The notes beneath the pieces are model-generated. The model did no database searches and was not told where the DNA came from. It worked only from the letters and a program-made list of their open reading frames with translations. Below are positions 1 to 9,918 of a stretch of 41,933 nucleotides of DNA, one piece after another (position 1 is the stretch's first letter; the number at the start of each line of letters is the position of its first letter). The stretch is from an uncultured bacterium (lineage in GTDB: Bacteria > Krumholzibacteriota > Krumholzibacteriia > Krumholzibacteriales > Krumholzibacteriaceae). The DNA lies in NCBI GenBank assembly GCA_965371515.1, contig CBDUYR010000023.1, positions 1 through 41,933 of the forward strand, read 5' to 3'. The position numbers and the translations under genes were made by a program.

Positions 1-5
1 GCGTG

Positions 6-461
6 TTACTTATTCTTTTTCTCCTTCGACTCCTCTTCGCCGGATTTCATGGCGTTTACCGACGCGACATATGCCGCCAGGTCAGCCATCCGCTGGTCGT
101 CCCACGCGAGAGGCGTTCCCTCCATCGGCTTCAGGATGCACCAGTTGATAACCTGGTCCAGCGTCATGATCTTTTTCGCCATCTTGAAGTAACCGGGATA
201 CTTCTTCACAACGTGCGTAAACGGCGAGATCTCCATATCCCCCATCTTGCCGGCTTTCATGCCGCCCTCGATGTGGCAGCTGTTGCAGCTCATGCCCGTC
301 GTTCCGAGTGACGCGTCCATGAACAGGCCCTTGCCGTTCTCAATGGACTGCTTGAGCTCGTTGCCCGCATCGCCCTTCATTTCGGCCTTTTTCTCCTGGG
401 CGATGGCCAGTGTGCCGAACACGATCAACAGCATGCAGAGAAGAATGACAGCAAGCTTCAT
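6..461 (-). CDS. Periplasmic monoheme c-type cytochrome, SoxA/TsdA-like single domain
   Basis: Signal peptide; CxxCH (SCNSCH); downstream YPGY...TLDQVINWCILKPMEG resembles the SoxA/TsdA segment carrying a distal Cys ligand. Confidence 0.8.
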   Translation of the reverse strand: MKLAVILLCMLLIVFGTLAIAQEKKAEMKGDAGNELKQSIENGKGLFMDASLGTTGMSCNSCHIEGGMKAGKMGDMEISPFTHVVKKYPGYFKMAKKIMTLDQVINWCILKPMEGTPLAWDDQRMADLAAYVASVNAMKSGEEESKEKKNK

Positions 462-643
462 GATGCCCCCTTTCTCAAGGTTGTGTGGATGTTACTCGAA
501 ATGATTACGCCACTGAATCAGGGTGGTGTCAAGCCTGTAAATTCTCTCTTCAGCAGGAACCCTGTGATGTGATATACCTTGATATCTGCATATTACCGAA
601 CGCCATGGCAATGCGATGGACGAGCGAAAGGAGACAGAGGATA

Positions 644-2602
644 GTGAGTGAACACGTACCGTATGTTTCCGCCGACACAAAGATGAAGGATTTCAGCCCG
701 AAGACGGTCATCCTGGGTGTGATACTGGGGGCAGTCTTCGGCAGCGCCAACGCCTACCTCGGCCTGAGGGTGGGACTTACGATAAGTACGGCGATCCCCC
801 TGGCGGTCGTCTCGGTGGCGATCCTGAGAATACTGACGCCGCTGTTCGGCAAGCCTACGATCCTCGAATGCAACATATCCCAGACTACCGGCTCGGCCAG
901 TTCCTCGCTCGCTTCAGGATTGATATTTACTGTACCGGCCCTCTTCCTGTGGGGATACGACGCGCCACTGATCCAACTGACGCTGCTCGCCGTATGCGGC
1001 GGGGTGCTCGGGGTCCTCTTCATGATCCCCCTGAGGAACTTCCTGATCGTGAAGGAGCACAAGACCCTGCCCTATCCGGAGGGAACGGCCGCCGCCGAGG
1101 TACTGATAGCCGCGACGGGCGGGGGAGGGGCCTCGGCCAGAAGCGTTTTCAAAGGCCTCGGCATCGGTGGCCTCTACACGGGCCTGATCTCGTTCCTCTA
1201 CCTCTGGCCGTCCAGCGTTGCGATAAGGCTTCCGCTGATCAAGAAAGCGGTCGTCGGGGTCTCGACGACACCGGCCCTCATGGGGGTCGGATACATACTC
1301 GGCAGGCGGATCGGCGCGATCATGGTCGGAGGCGGCCTGATCTCGTGGGTCGTGCTCATCCCGTTCATCGCCTGGAAATTCGGTAACATGGAGATCTGGC
1401 CGAACACGCTGATCTACCTCCAGTCCAAGGGACTCGACCCTTCGATCACCACGGTCGGACAGCTTTCGCCTCAGCAGATATGGGACGGATACATCCGTAT
1501 CATCGGTGCGGGCGCCGTAGCGGCGGCGGGCATCATAACAGTGATCAAGTCGATTCCGACGATGGTCGGTTCGCTCAAGATCGGGATAAAGGAGCTCCGC
1601 TCCAGCGCGGCCCTTCTCAATGCGGGCAAACTGCGGACCGAACGCGACCTCTCGATCAAGTACGTGCTCCTCGGCGTATCGGCAGTCGTACTCCTCGTGA
1701 CATTCATACCGGGTATCATCGGAAATGAGACTCAGATCATCATGAGGTTCTTCAGCGCGATCGCCATCGCGATATTCGCCTTCTGCTTCGTTACCGTATC
1801 GTCACGGATCGTCGGAATGATCGGCGTGTCATCCAACCCGACGTCGGGCATGGCAATCGTCACACTTCTGGGCGTGGGCGTGATATTCAAGCTGCTCGGG
1901 TGGACAGATCTTACCGGAAAAATTACGGCGCTGACGATCGGCACCATCGTCTGCATCGCCGCATCGATAGCGGGAGATATCTCCCAGGACCTCAAGACCG
2001 GTTATATTATCGGCGCCACGCCGAGAAAGCAGCAGATCAGCGAGCTGCTCGGCGCGGTGGGATCGGCATTCTTCGTCTGCCTGGCCATATTCTACCTCGG
2101 AAAGGCGTACGGGTTCGGCTCGGCGGAGCTGCCGGCCCCGCAGGCGACCCTGATGAAAACGGTGCTGGACGGCGTACTCGACGGCAACCTTCGATGGGAC
2201 CTTGTGGGGATCGGCGCGGCGTTCTCCATTGTGATAATGCTCTTCAAGATCCCGCCCCTGCCCTTCGCAGTAGGCATCTACCTTCCCCTCAACACGATGA
2301 CTCCGGTCTTTATCGGCGGGATCATCAGGCACATGGTCGACAAGAAAAGCAAGAAGGACAAGGAAGGGACCGAAAATAACACTGACGACGGCATCCTCCT
2401 CAGCTCGGGCTTCATCGCCGGCGAGGGCCTGCTGGGAGTAGTGATAGCTATAATCGCGGTGATCCTGACGAAGTCGCCGAAGTTCCTGCAGATAGACTAC
2501 TCGCCCGCATGGCTCGGCCAGATCGTCTCGGCGGCGATCTTCGGCCTCCTGGGATGGTACCTGTACAAGGTCGCGGTGAAATCGAAGCAGGCAGGCGCCT
2601 GA
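644..2602 (+). CDS. Oligopeptide transporter, OPT family
   Basis: NAYLGLRVGLTIS, ECNISQT, LPYPEGTA, SSNPTSG, SQDLKTG and LPAPQA motifs; many TM helices. Start moved from 485 to GTG 644 (GAGG upstream). Confidence 0.92.
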   Translation: MSEHVPYVSADTKMKDFSPKTVILGVILGAVFGSANAYLGLRVGLTISTAIPLAVVSVAILRILTPLFGKPTILECNISQTTGSASSSLASGLIFTVPALFLWGYDAPLIQLTLLAVCGGVLGVLFMIPLRNFLIVKEHKTLPYPEGTAAAEVLIAATGGGGASARSVFKGLGIGGLYTGLISFLYLWPSSVAIRLPLIKKAVVGVSTTPALMGVGYILGRRIGAIMVGGGLISWVVLIPFIAWKFGNMEIWPNTLIYLQSKGLDPSITTVGQLSPQQIWDGYIRIIGAGAVAAAGIITVIKSIPTMVGSLKIGIKELRSSAALLNAGKLRTERDLSIKYVLLGVSAVVLLVTFIPGIIGNETQIIMRFFSAIAIAIFAFCFVTVSSRIVGMIGVSSNPTSGMAIVTLLGVGVIFKLLGWTDLTGKITALTIGTIVCIAASIAGDISQDLKTGYIIGATPRKQQISELLGAVGSAFFVCLAIFYLGKAYGFGSAELPAPQATLMKTVLDGVLDGNLRWDLVGIGAAFSIVIMLFKIPPLPFAVGIYLPLNTMTPVFIGGIIRHMVDKKSKKDKEGTENNTDDGILLSSGFIAGEGLLGVVIAIIAVILTKSPKFLQIDYSPAWLGQIVSAAIFGLLGWYLYKVAVKSKQAGA

Positions 2603-2745
2603 GGGCCTTCCCGAGGCATTTCCTCGTCCGGCAACTGACGTAACACTCTCTGTCGACCGCTTTTTTCGGCCGTACGGCGTATAATCGGTACCATAATTGC
2701 ACGATATCCCACCGGCATTTCAGTACCAGCAGCCGGGAGGGTTTC

Positions 2746-4704
2746 GTGTTGAAATATATCAAGTTAGCAGTTTTTCTTGCCGTGTTCGCGGGATTTATCG
2801 GCGTGCCGTCGCTGCATGCCGAGTGGACAAACAACGGTATTCCGCTCGGAGCGGCCAGCGGCGCCCAGGATTCTCCGGCGATTACGGCAGACGGCTCGGG
2901 CGGAGCTGTGATCGTCTGGAGGGACTCGCGCGCCACGGTCAACACCGACATCTACGCCCAGGGAGTCACGGCAGACGGCACTATCAGGTGGTTTCCCGGG
3001 GGGATGGCCGTCTGCACAGCTTCGAATTCGCAGTCGGAACCATTGATCATACCGGACGGTTCCGGCGGTACTATCATCGCCTGGCAGGACGGGCGCACAG
3101 GCGGCTCGCTGGACATCTACGTACAGAAACTCAGCTCTATAGGCTACATACAGTGGCCCGCTGATGGAGTGGCGATCTGCACGGGACAGACCGGCCTTAT
3201 TCTGGGCGGGATCGTATCTGACGGCGCAGGCGGCGCGATCATCACCTGGCACGACCGCAGGAATTTCTTCAACGACATCTTCGCACAGAGGATAGCTGCC
3301 AACGGCGCCGTCATGTGGACCGCCAACGGCGTGCCCGTCTGCACCGCGGCGGAGCATCAACAGACCTCTGCGCTCGCATCCGACGGAGCGGGCGGCGCGA
3401 TCATAGCATGGCAGGATCGCCGAAACGGCGCCTACGATATCTATGCACAGAGGCTCAACGCCAGCGGCGTGCCTCAGTGGACGGCCGATGGGCTCGTGAT
3501 CTGCGACAGCGGGCAGATCCAGATAAATCCCCGGGTAGTCGAGGACGGCTCGGGCGGGGCGGTCATCGCATGGTCGGACATGCGCAACACGATGGATTTT
3601 GATATCTTTGCCCAACGGGTCGATTCGGGCGGAAATCTGGTGTGGGGCTTCGGCATGGCCATTTCAGCCTGGCTGTATGACCAGGCGGAATGCCAACTCG
3701 TACACATCGGCTCAGGCGAAACGATCGTGACGTGGCTCGACGAGCGCAGCGGGACTTCCGCCGATATCTACGCCCAGAAGCTCACCGCGGCCGGCGAGAC
3801 CCAGTGGACCGTAAACGGCGTCGTCGTATGCAGCGCTACTGGCACCCAGGACAACGTAAGAATAGCAAGCAACGGCGTAGGCGGCGCGTTCATATCGTGG
3901 GACGACGAACGCAGCGGGTCGGCAGACATCGACATCTTCGCCCAGAACATCGGACCGGTCGGATCGCCGGCATGGACGGCCGACGGAGAGGTGATCTGCG
4001 GAGCTTCGGGGAACCAGCATGCGGGAGCGATCTCCGCCGACGGATCGAACGGTATGTTCGCAGTCTGGACAGACGGCCGCAGCGGCACGGAAAAGGTCTA
4101 CAATCACAGGGTCGATGCCACCGGGAACATCCCGACGGCTACCCTGCTGTACAACTATACCGCCGAAACGAGAGGGACAGACGTCAGGATCGACTGGACC
4201 CTTTCAGAGATAGATGAAGGAGTGGAATTCCTTGTCTTCCGCGCTGATGGACCGCCGAAGGAATTCGTGGAGATCCCGGCCGTGGATCTGATCGAGGACG
4301 GCCTGTCGTTCACCTTTGTCGACAGGAGCTGCGAGCCAGGCGGCACTTATTACTACCAGATCGTTTGCGTATACGGTACGGAGAGCAGGATACTCTTCGA
4401 GATAGGGCCGATCACCACGCCGGCGACAGCCCTGGCCCTCCATCAGAACATGCCCAATCCTTTCAATCCCAATACGGTCATCGGATACTACGTGCCCGAG
4501 CACTGCCGGGTGCGGCTCGAGGTATTCGACGTCACGGGGCGCAGGGTGAATGTACTTGTGGACGAGACACAAGCGAAAGGCAGCTACAGCGTAGACTGGA
4601 ACGGCCGCGAGACGCACGGCACCACTTCAGCTTCGGGCGTCTATTTCTACCGGCTGACCGCAGGCAAGACAACGCTGTCGAGAAAGATGATTCTGCTGCG
4701 GTAA
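2746..4704 (+). CDS. Secreted repeat (probable beta-propeller) protein with C-terminal FlgD-Ig/T9SS type-A-like sorting domain
   Basis: Signal peptide; eight ~55-aa repeats (DGxGGAIIxWxDxR...DIYAQ...W..xG..C); C-terminus LHQNMPNPFNPNT...VFDVTGRRV...WNG...SGVYFYRL...KMILLR. Confidence 0.85.
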   Translation: MLKYIKLAVFLAVFAGFIGVPSLHAEWTNNGIPLGAASGAQDSPAITADGSGGAVIVWRDSRATVNTDIYAQGVTADGTIRWFPGGMAVCTASNSQSEPLIIPDGSGGTIIAWQDGRTGGSLDIYVQKLSSIGYIQWPADGVAICTGQTGLILGGIVSDGAGGAIITWHDRRNFFNDIFAQRIAANGAVMWTANGVPVCTAAEHQQTSALASDGAGGAIIAWQDRRNGAYDIYAQRLNASGVPQWTADGLVICDSGQIQINPRVVEDGSGGAVIAWSDMRNTMDFDIFAQRVDSGGNLVWGFGMAISAWLYDQAECQLVHIGSGETIVTWLDERSGTSADIYAQKLTAAGETQWTVNGVVVCSATGTQDNVRIASNGVGGAFISWDDERSGSADIDIFAQNIGPVGSPAWTADGEVICGASGNQHAGAISADGSNGMFAVWTDGRSGTEKVYNHRVDATGNIPTATLLYNYTAETRGTDVRIDWTLSEIDEGVEFLVFRADGPPKEFVEIPAVDLIEDGLSFTFVDRSCEPGGTYYYQIVCVYGTESRILFEIGPITTPATALALHQNMPNPFNPNTVIGYYVPEHCRVRLEVFDVTGRRVNVLVDETQAKGSYSVDWNGRETHGTTSASGVYFYRLTAGKTTLSRKMILLR

Positions 4705-4727
4705 ATATTATCCGGATACAAATAGAG

Positions 4728-4761
4728 AACCCGGCTTCACTCCGATGGAGCCGGGTTTTTT
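4728..4761. terminator. Intrinsic terminator between the secreted-protein gene and convergent ssrA
   Basis: AACCCGGCTTCA/TGGAGCCGGGTT stem followed by a T-run. Confidence 0.75.
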
Positions 4762-4764
4762 ATC

Positions 4765-5121
4765 TGGTGGAGGCGGCGGGAATCGAACCCGCGTCCGGAA
4801 ATACTTCCGTGGGACTTCTACGTGCGTAGCCCGGAGTAATTGATTCGCCTCATGATGCCCCTCCGGGCAACGTTATCATGACGCTATCACCCTTAGTTTC
4901 TCGCCGGTTTTCCGGATGAGGGTCCACCAGCCAGCCGCCGGAAATCGTCGCCCGGTATCATCCCCCGCCGGCGCGGGATGAGCGGACGGACAGCCCGTGT
5001 TTAGGCTGCCAGTGCCAAGTTGTCGTTGGCAGTTGTGTTTTGCCACCTGTTTAACGAGGGCTGATGGCACCTCGGCACGCTTCTCCCACTTCATCTATCC
5101 CCGTCGAATCCATTCGCCCCC
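4765..5121 (-). ncRNA. ssrA: tmRNA (SsrA), tag peptide ANDNLALAA
   Basis: 5' GGGGGCGAATGGATTCGAC; 3' GGGTTCGATTCCCGCCGCCTCCACCA; Ala acceptor stem with G3.U; tag frame GCC AAC GAC AAC TTG GCA CTG GCA GCC TAA at 5030-5001; 357 nt. Confidence 0.97.
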
Positions 5122-5144
5122 ACACAAGAAGCTTTGACCGTTTA

Positions 5145-5173
5145 AATATACGCCGTTTTCACACATATGTAAA
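5145..5173 (-). promoter_or_regulatory. Putative sigma70 promoter of ssrA
   Basis: TTTACA-17 bp-TATATT on the minus strand, about 24 nt upstream of the mature 5' end. Confidence 0.55.
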
Positions 5174-5288
5174 GAGGCACGGGAATATTCAATCAAACGG
5201 TCGTTCCAGGGCCTTTTAAGCATATTTCACGCCCTCCCGGCGAATTCCCGGCCGAATATTTTTTTCCATTGATTTTTTTTCTGAAACT

Positions 5289-5317
5289 TTGAATACTCTC
5301 CGCTCGTTCAACATAAT
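5289..5317 (+). promoter_or_regulatory. Putative sigma70 promoter of the S9 peptidase gene
   Basis: TTGAAT-17 bp-CATAAT. Confidence 0.45.
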
Positions 5318-5403
5318 ATCAACGTAACCAGTTCACAGACGGTTTTTCACCGAAAGCTTCCTGTCAGAGCAGGCTTTCACCACGCAAGAGAAGGAGGCTT
5401 CCT

Positions 5404-8127
5404 ATGAGGAAGGCAATTCTGGCCCTGGTCGCCGTCGCACTGATGGCTGCCAGCGCACCGGCAGAGCAGCTCGAGTACCTCGACAAGCTGCCGCCGATCA
5501 TCGACCGTGAGATATTCTTCGGCGATCCCGAGATCTCGTCCGCGCAGATCTCCCCGGACGGCAAGTACATCTCGTTCCTGAAGACATACAGGGGCAAGAT
5601 GAACATCTGGGTAAAAGGTGTCGACGAGCCATTCGAGGATGCCGATCCGATCTCGGCAGACACGGTCCGCAACGTCCGCGGCTATGGCTGGTCGCAGGAC
5701 GCAACATATGTGGTTTACGTTCAGGACAAGGGCGGCGACGAGAATTACCATCTCTACGTGATCGATCCCAAAGGCGAGATCGACGAATCGACGGGCGTTC
5801 CCCCCGCGCGCGACCTCACCGACATAGACGGAATAAGGGCGATGTTCTACTCGTTCCCCGAGGACACCCCCGACATCATCTACATGGGACTGAACGACCG
5901 CGACGAGCGCTATCATGATCTCTACCGCCTGCATCTCTCGACCGGCGAGCGCGAGCTCATCTTCGAGAACACCGAGGGGTACAGCGGATACACATTCGAC
6001 CTGGACGGCAACTTCAGGCTGCTGTCGAAGATAACCGATGACGGCGGCGCCGAGTACTTCCGCGTCGACGGTGACAGCATCGTCTCGATCATCAAGTCGA
6101 CGAATGAAGAAAATGTCGGCGTGCTCCGCTTCCACAAGGACGGCAAGCGGGTATACCTCGACACGAACATAGGCGAGGATATCAATCTCTCCCGCCTGAC
6201 CCTCTTCAACGTCGAGACGGGCGAGGAAGAGTTTGTCGAGGCCGACCCGAAGAAGGAAGTCGACTTCGGCGGGACGATCTTCTCCGACAAGGACGAGAAG
6301 CTCATTGCCACCTACTACGTAGGCGACCGCCTGCGCATCAGGTTCCACGACAAGAAATTCGAGAAGGCATACAAGAAGCTGAAAAAGCAGCTGAAGGACG
6401 GCGACCTCTACATGGGCTCGGGCACCAAGGACGACCGTTACTGGATCGTCGCCGTGACGAGCGACGTCGACCCCGGCGCCAGGTACCTCTACGACATGGA
6501 GACAGGCGAGCTGGAGTTCCTCTACAGGCCGCGTCCGAAACTTCCCGTCGAGTACCTCGCGGAGATGAAGCCGATCAAATACAAGTCCCGTGACGGCCTT
6601 ACGATCCACGGCTACCTGACCGTTCCCAAGGGCGTTAAGGCGAAGAACCTGCCCGTCGTCATCCACCCGCACGGCGGTCCGTGGGCACGCGACATGTGGG
6701 GCTACAGTGCTTATGTGCAGTACCTCGCCAACCGCGGCTACGCGGTCTTCCAGCCCAACTTCCGCGCCTCGACCGGTTACGGCAAGGCGTTCTTCAACGC
6801 CGGCAAAAAGCAGTGGGGATTTACGATGCAGGACGACATCACCGATGGCGTCAACTACCTCATCGACAAAGGCATCGCCGATCCGGAGAAGGTCGCGATA
6901 TTCGGCGGCTCTTACGGCGGCTATGCTACGCTGGCCGGCCTGGCGTTCACGCCAGACGTATATGCCTGCGGCATCTCGTACGTCGGCGTCTCGAACATGC
7001 TGACCTTCCTCAACTCGATCCCGGCCTACTGGGAGACGGCGAGGAAGTTCCTCAACGAGCATGTCGGCGATCCCGAGAACCCCGAGGACATGGAAATGCT
7101 CAAGAAGCAGTCGCCTCTCTTCTCCGCCGACAAGATCACCGCTCCGCTGCTCGTCGTCCAGGGCGCCAATGACCCGCGCGTCGTGAAGGCAGAGTCGGAT
7201 CAGATCGTAATCGCGATGCGCGACCTCGGCCGCGACGTAGAATACATGGTGGCCCCCGACGAGGGTCATGGATTTTCCAATGAGGGCAACCGCGTGGCGA
7301 TGACCGTCGCGATGGAGAAATTCTTCTCGAAGCATCTCGGCGGACGTGTACAGGAGGATATCAGGCCCGAGATCAAGACGTTGTACGACGACCTGATGGT
7401 CCCCGTCGCTTCGGTGACGCTCAAGGAGCCCGAGGGCGACCTCGACGCCGCGATGACGGCTGCACTCCCGGACGTCGACGCGAACCTGATCAAGCCGGGC
7501 AAGCTCTCGTACAAGGCGATCGCCAGCGTACAGGGCATGGAAGTGGACATCGAAATAGTTGTCGACATCTCCGAGGGACAGTTCGACGGCAAGCCGGCGT
7601 GGATGACCGTCTCGACCCAGCAGAGCATGATGGGCGGCGCGATCGACACCTTCATCGTTGACGGCACGAACATGCTGCCCCTCTACCGCGGAGTCAAGCA
7701 GGGCGGCGCTCTCATTACGATGGACTACAGCGAGACGGCCGTAACGGGCAACATCAACATGGGAACGCAGGAGATACCGGTCGACACCGCGCTCGAGGCT
7801 CCCGTCTTTGGAGACGGAACGGCCCTCGACCTCGCAGTGTCCTGCCTGCCGCTCGCTCCGAAGTACAAGACCTCGCTCCGTTACTTCGATCTGCTCTCGC
7901 AGCAGGTGAAGGTATACGTCGTCGAGGTCACAGGAATCGAGGACGTCACCGTCCCGGCCGGAACCTTCGAAGCGTTCAAGATCGAGCTCAGGCCGATGGG
8001 CAACGAACCCGGCGGCGGAACCGTCTTCGTCGACACGAAGACCCGCTACCAGGTCAGGGCGACGATGCAGCTTCCGGCAGCGGCCGGCGGCGGCAGTGTC
8101 ACCTCCGAGTTGACCGCGATCGAATAG
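5404..8127 (+). CDS. Secreted S9 family peptidase (dipeptidyl/acylaminoacyl peptidase) with extra C-terminal DUF3108-like beta domain
   Basis: Signal peptide; HGGPW, GGSYGG (Ser), GANDPRV (Asp), DEGHGF (His); ~240-aa tail with VTVPAGTFEAFKI; SD AAGGAGG. Confidence 0.92.
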   Translation: MRKAILALVAVALMAASAPAEQLEYLDKLPPIIDREIFFGDPEISSAQISPDGKYISFLKTYRGKMNIWVKGVDEPFEDADPISADTVRNVRGYGWSQDATYVVYVQDKGGDENYHLYVIDPKGEIDESTGVPPARDLTDIDGIRAMFYSFPEDTPDIIYMGLNDRDERYHDLYRLHLSTGERELIFENTEGYSGYTFDLDGNFRLLSKITDDGGAEYFRVDGDSIVSIIKSTNEENVGVLRFHKDGKRVYLDTNIGEDINLSRLTLFNVETGEEEFVEADPKKEVDFGGTIFSDKDEKLIATYYVGDRLRIRFHDKKFEKAYKKLKKQLKDGDLYMGSGTKDDRYWIVAVTSDVDPGARYLYDMETGELEFLYRPRPKLPVEYLAEMKPIKYKSRDGLTIHGYLTVPKGVKAKNLPVVIHPHGGPWARDMWGYSAYVQYLANRGYAVFQPNFRASTGYGKAFFNAGKKQWGFTMQDDITDGVNYLIDKGIADPEKVAIFGGSYGGYATLAGLAFTPDVYACGISYVGVSNMLTFLNSIPAYWETARKFLNEHVGDPENPEDMEMLKKQSPLFSADKITAPLLVVQGANDPRVVKAESDQIVIAMRDLGRDVEYMVAPDEGHGFSNEGNRVAMTVAMEKFFSKHLGGRVQEDIRPEIKTLYDDLMVPVASVTLKEPEGDLDAAMTAALPDVDANLIKPGKLSYKAIASVQGMEVDIEIVVDISEGQFDGKPAWMTVSTQQSMMGGAIDTFIVDGTNMLPLYRGVKQGGALITMDYSETAVTGNINMGTQEIPVDTALEAPVFGDGTALDLAVSCLPLAPKYKTSLRYFDLLSQQVKVYVVEVTGIEDVTVPAGTFEAFKIELRPMGNEPGGGTVFVDTKTRYQVRATMQLPAAAGGGSVTSELTAIE

Positions 8128-8166
8128 CGCGCAGCAATCACTCGATCGCGCGGCAATTGATGATTC

Positions 8167-8203
8167 AGGGGCGTCTCCACCGGGAGGCGCCCCTTCTATT
8201 TTT
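8167..8203 (+). terminator. Intrinsic terminator
   Basis: AGGGGCGTCTCC-ACCG-GGAGGCGCCCCT followed by TCTATTTTT. Confidence 0.75.
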
Positions 8204-8210
8204 AATTGAA

Positions 8211-8768
8211 TCAGTCAGGAGAAGGTTCTTTAAATAAGCTTTGATAATCTGATTTGTAGGACGCTGGTATATCTTTATTGTAAATCCAGAAAGACACAAT
8301 CGATCTGATTTGACTCATATCGACAAATCCCTCATCCAACAAATCCTTCAATAAATGCAATGTCTTAATTGTGCGGATTTCAAACTCCTCTGCCACACCC
8401 ACCATATCCATATCATCCGTAACAACAGGGAGGTCCATTGCTTTCGCAAAAGCCAAAACTTTCATATCCACTCTCGACAAACCAATCCCCTGCATTAAGT
8501 CATAATCGTCTATGAACTTATATACTTCATGTATTTTAAAGAGCATTTTCTTAGAAACAGAAAAACAACTCTTCCTATTAATGACATATTCTTCTTCGCC
8601 AACCCAATAGAACTTATGCTTCAACTTCTTGTTTTTACTGTACTCTTCATCGAGGTCCCTTATTACACCAAGCACATGGGATCCCATTTTGGTTTTCAAG
8701 AGAGGGTGAATAGCTTGAGCCAATCTAAAATATGAACATGAATCGAGAATAACGTTGCACGCAACCAT
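8211..8768 (-). CDS. PIN-domain-like protein (putative toxin/nuclease)
   Basis: N-terminal VILDS; LSRVDMKVLAFA...VVTDD...IKTLHLL acidic PIN pattern; ATG overlaps upstream stop (TAATG); AT-rich. Confidence 0.72.
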   Translation of the reverse strand: MVACNVILDSCSYFRLAQAIHPLLKTKMGSHVLGVIRDLDEEYSKNKKLKHKFYWVGEEEYVINRKSCFSVSKKMLFKIHEVYKFIDDYDLMQGIGLSRVDMKVLAFAKAMDLPVVTDDMDMVGVAEEFEIRTIKTLHLLKDLLDEGFVDMSQIRSIVSFWIYNKDIPASYKSDYQSLFKEPSPD

Positions 8769-9901
8769 TACCAAAGCTCTTGGTAAATTTGTTGTGCATC
8801 TGCCAGAGGAATATTGAGGATATTCTGAATGTAGCCTGGAGATTTCCTTTCTTTTGCGAGATATTCCCTTAATATATCGAAGAAATTACTATCGAACAGG
8901 TTTCTTGGGGATTCAATATATTCTCGTGTTGTAGGTTTTTCCTTTTTGAACACAAACTCAGCAACCGTCGGATATTGTTTGTTAAAGACAGTTGAGGCTC
9001 TATATATTTCAGCTCTCGAATCCAAATCTATTTGCTCTTCCCCGACAAAATCAGCGTATCTATTCATTTCAAGATAGACAGTAATAGGAGAAATCAGAAG
9101 TTCCGCTGCAACCTTCTTAATTCTGGATATCCGATGTGGTTTTGTTCGCAATTTTTTTACTTCAAAGTATGTTTGTTTTGCTGTTTCAACATCAATTAAA
9201 AGAGCACCAGCGAATGCATCAGCAAAATCTTCTGCTTCATCTTCATTTAATTCCGGAGCATTGACATGGCCGAGTTCATGAGCCATCCAGAATTTAAAAT
9301 CATGGATATTGCTATCTAGATTAAGATAAATCCAGGTCGTCATCGACCGAGGAAGATAGACATGCAAAGCATTTTCATGATTATCCTTGCTTCCCCATAG
9401 AACAGGGATGATAACAGCATTATAGACGGCAAAGCACTTGATCAAGTTATCAAAAGGAATCGCGCCGTGATCGGAATTTATACTCTCTCTAATTCCGGCA
9501 GCAACTTCATGGATGTATTCATATTCCAAGATTGGATTCTTCAGTGAAGCGGCCTTGGTAAATCTAGATTCGAATGTCAGATAAGGAACCAGGTTTTCAA
9601 GAAGCTTACCCATCCTTGAAGTATTTTTAATGTAATCTTCTGTTATCTTATGCCGACCTTTTTTTCTGAAAGCTATTACGGGCTCAAAACCATCTACTTC
9701 CTTTATAACAATATCCTCAAAGGTAAGATCCAATGATGTCGCTATTTTCAGAAGGTGTCTTGGGCGGGGATACTTTTCTGCTTTGAACCACTGAGATATG
9801 GCTTGACGTGACACTCCGATATGCTCAGCAAGATCTGACCTAGACCATCCAAGTTTATCCAATGTTTCTAGAATTTTCGGGGCATTTAAGCGTCTGTTCA
9901 T
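8768..9901 (-). CDS. XRE-family HTH fused to ImmA/IrrE (M78) Zn metallopeptidase, RmrA-like putative antitoxin
   Basis: HTH WSRSDLAEHIGVSRQAISQW; FWMAHELGH (HExxH) then EDFADAFAGALL; start ATG 9901 with GGAGAGG upstream; AT-rich. Confidence 0.88.
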   Translation of the reverse strand: MNRRLNAPKILETLDKLGWSRSDLAEHIGVSRQAISQWFKAEKYPRPRHLLKIATSLDLTFEDIVIKEVDGFEPVIAFRKKGRHKITEDYIKNTSRMGKLLENLVPYLTFESRFTKAASLKNPILEYEYIHEVAAGIRESINSDHGAIPFDNLIKCFAVYNAVIIPVLWGSKDNHENALHVYLPRSMTTWIYLNLDSNIHDFKFWMAHELGHVNAPELNEDEAEDFADAFAGALLIDVETAKQTYFEVKKLRTKPHRISRIKKVAAELLISPITVYLEMNRYADFVGEEQIDLDSRAEIYRASTVFNKQYPTVAEFVFKKEKPTTREYIESPRNLFDSNFFDILREYLAKERKSPGYIQNILNIPLADAQQIYQELW

Positions 9902-9918
9902 TTCCCTCTCCAACTTAC

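Noticed and set aside
485..643. Cys-rich N-terminal extension of the OPT transporter
   Set aside because: Falls in the divergent promoter region; a better start with SD is at 644
4765..4800. tRNA-like 3' end (T-arm + CCA), or an attachment site of an island at ssrA
   Set aside because: It is the 3' end of tmRNA; I saw no duplicate of it and no integrase in the window, so the site appears unoccupied
4876..5094. 72-aa ORF
   Set aside because: Lies inside tmRNA; only the short tag frame is meaningful
5377..7335. 652-aa antisense ORF
   Set aside because: Shadow of the S9 peptidase, expected from high-GC3 codon bias; no recognisable motifs
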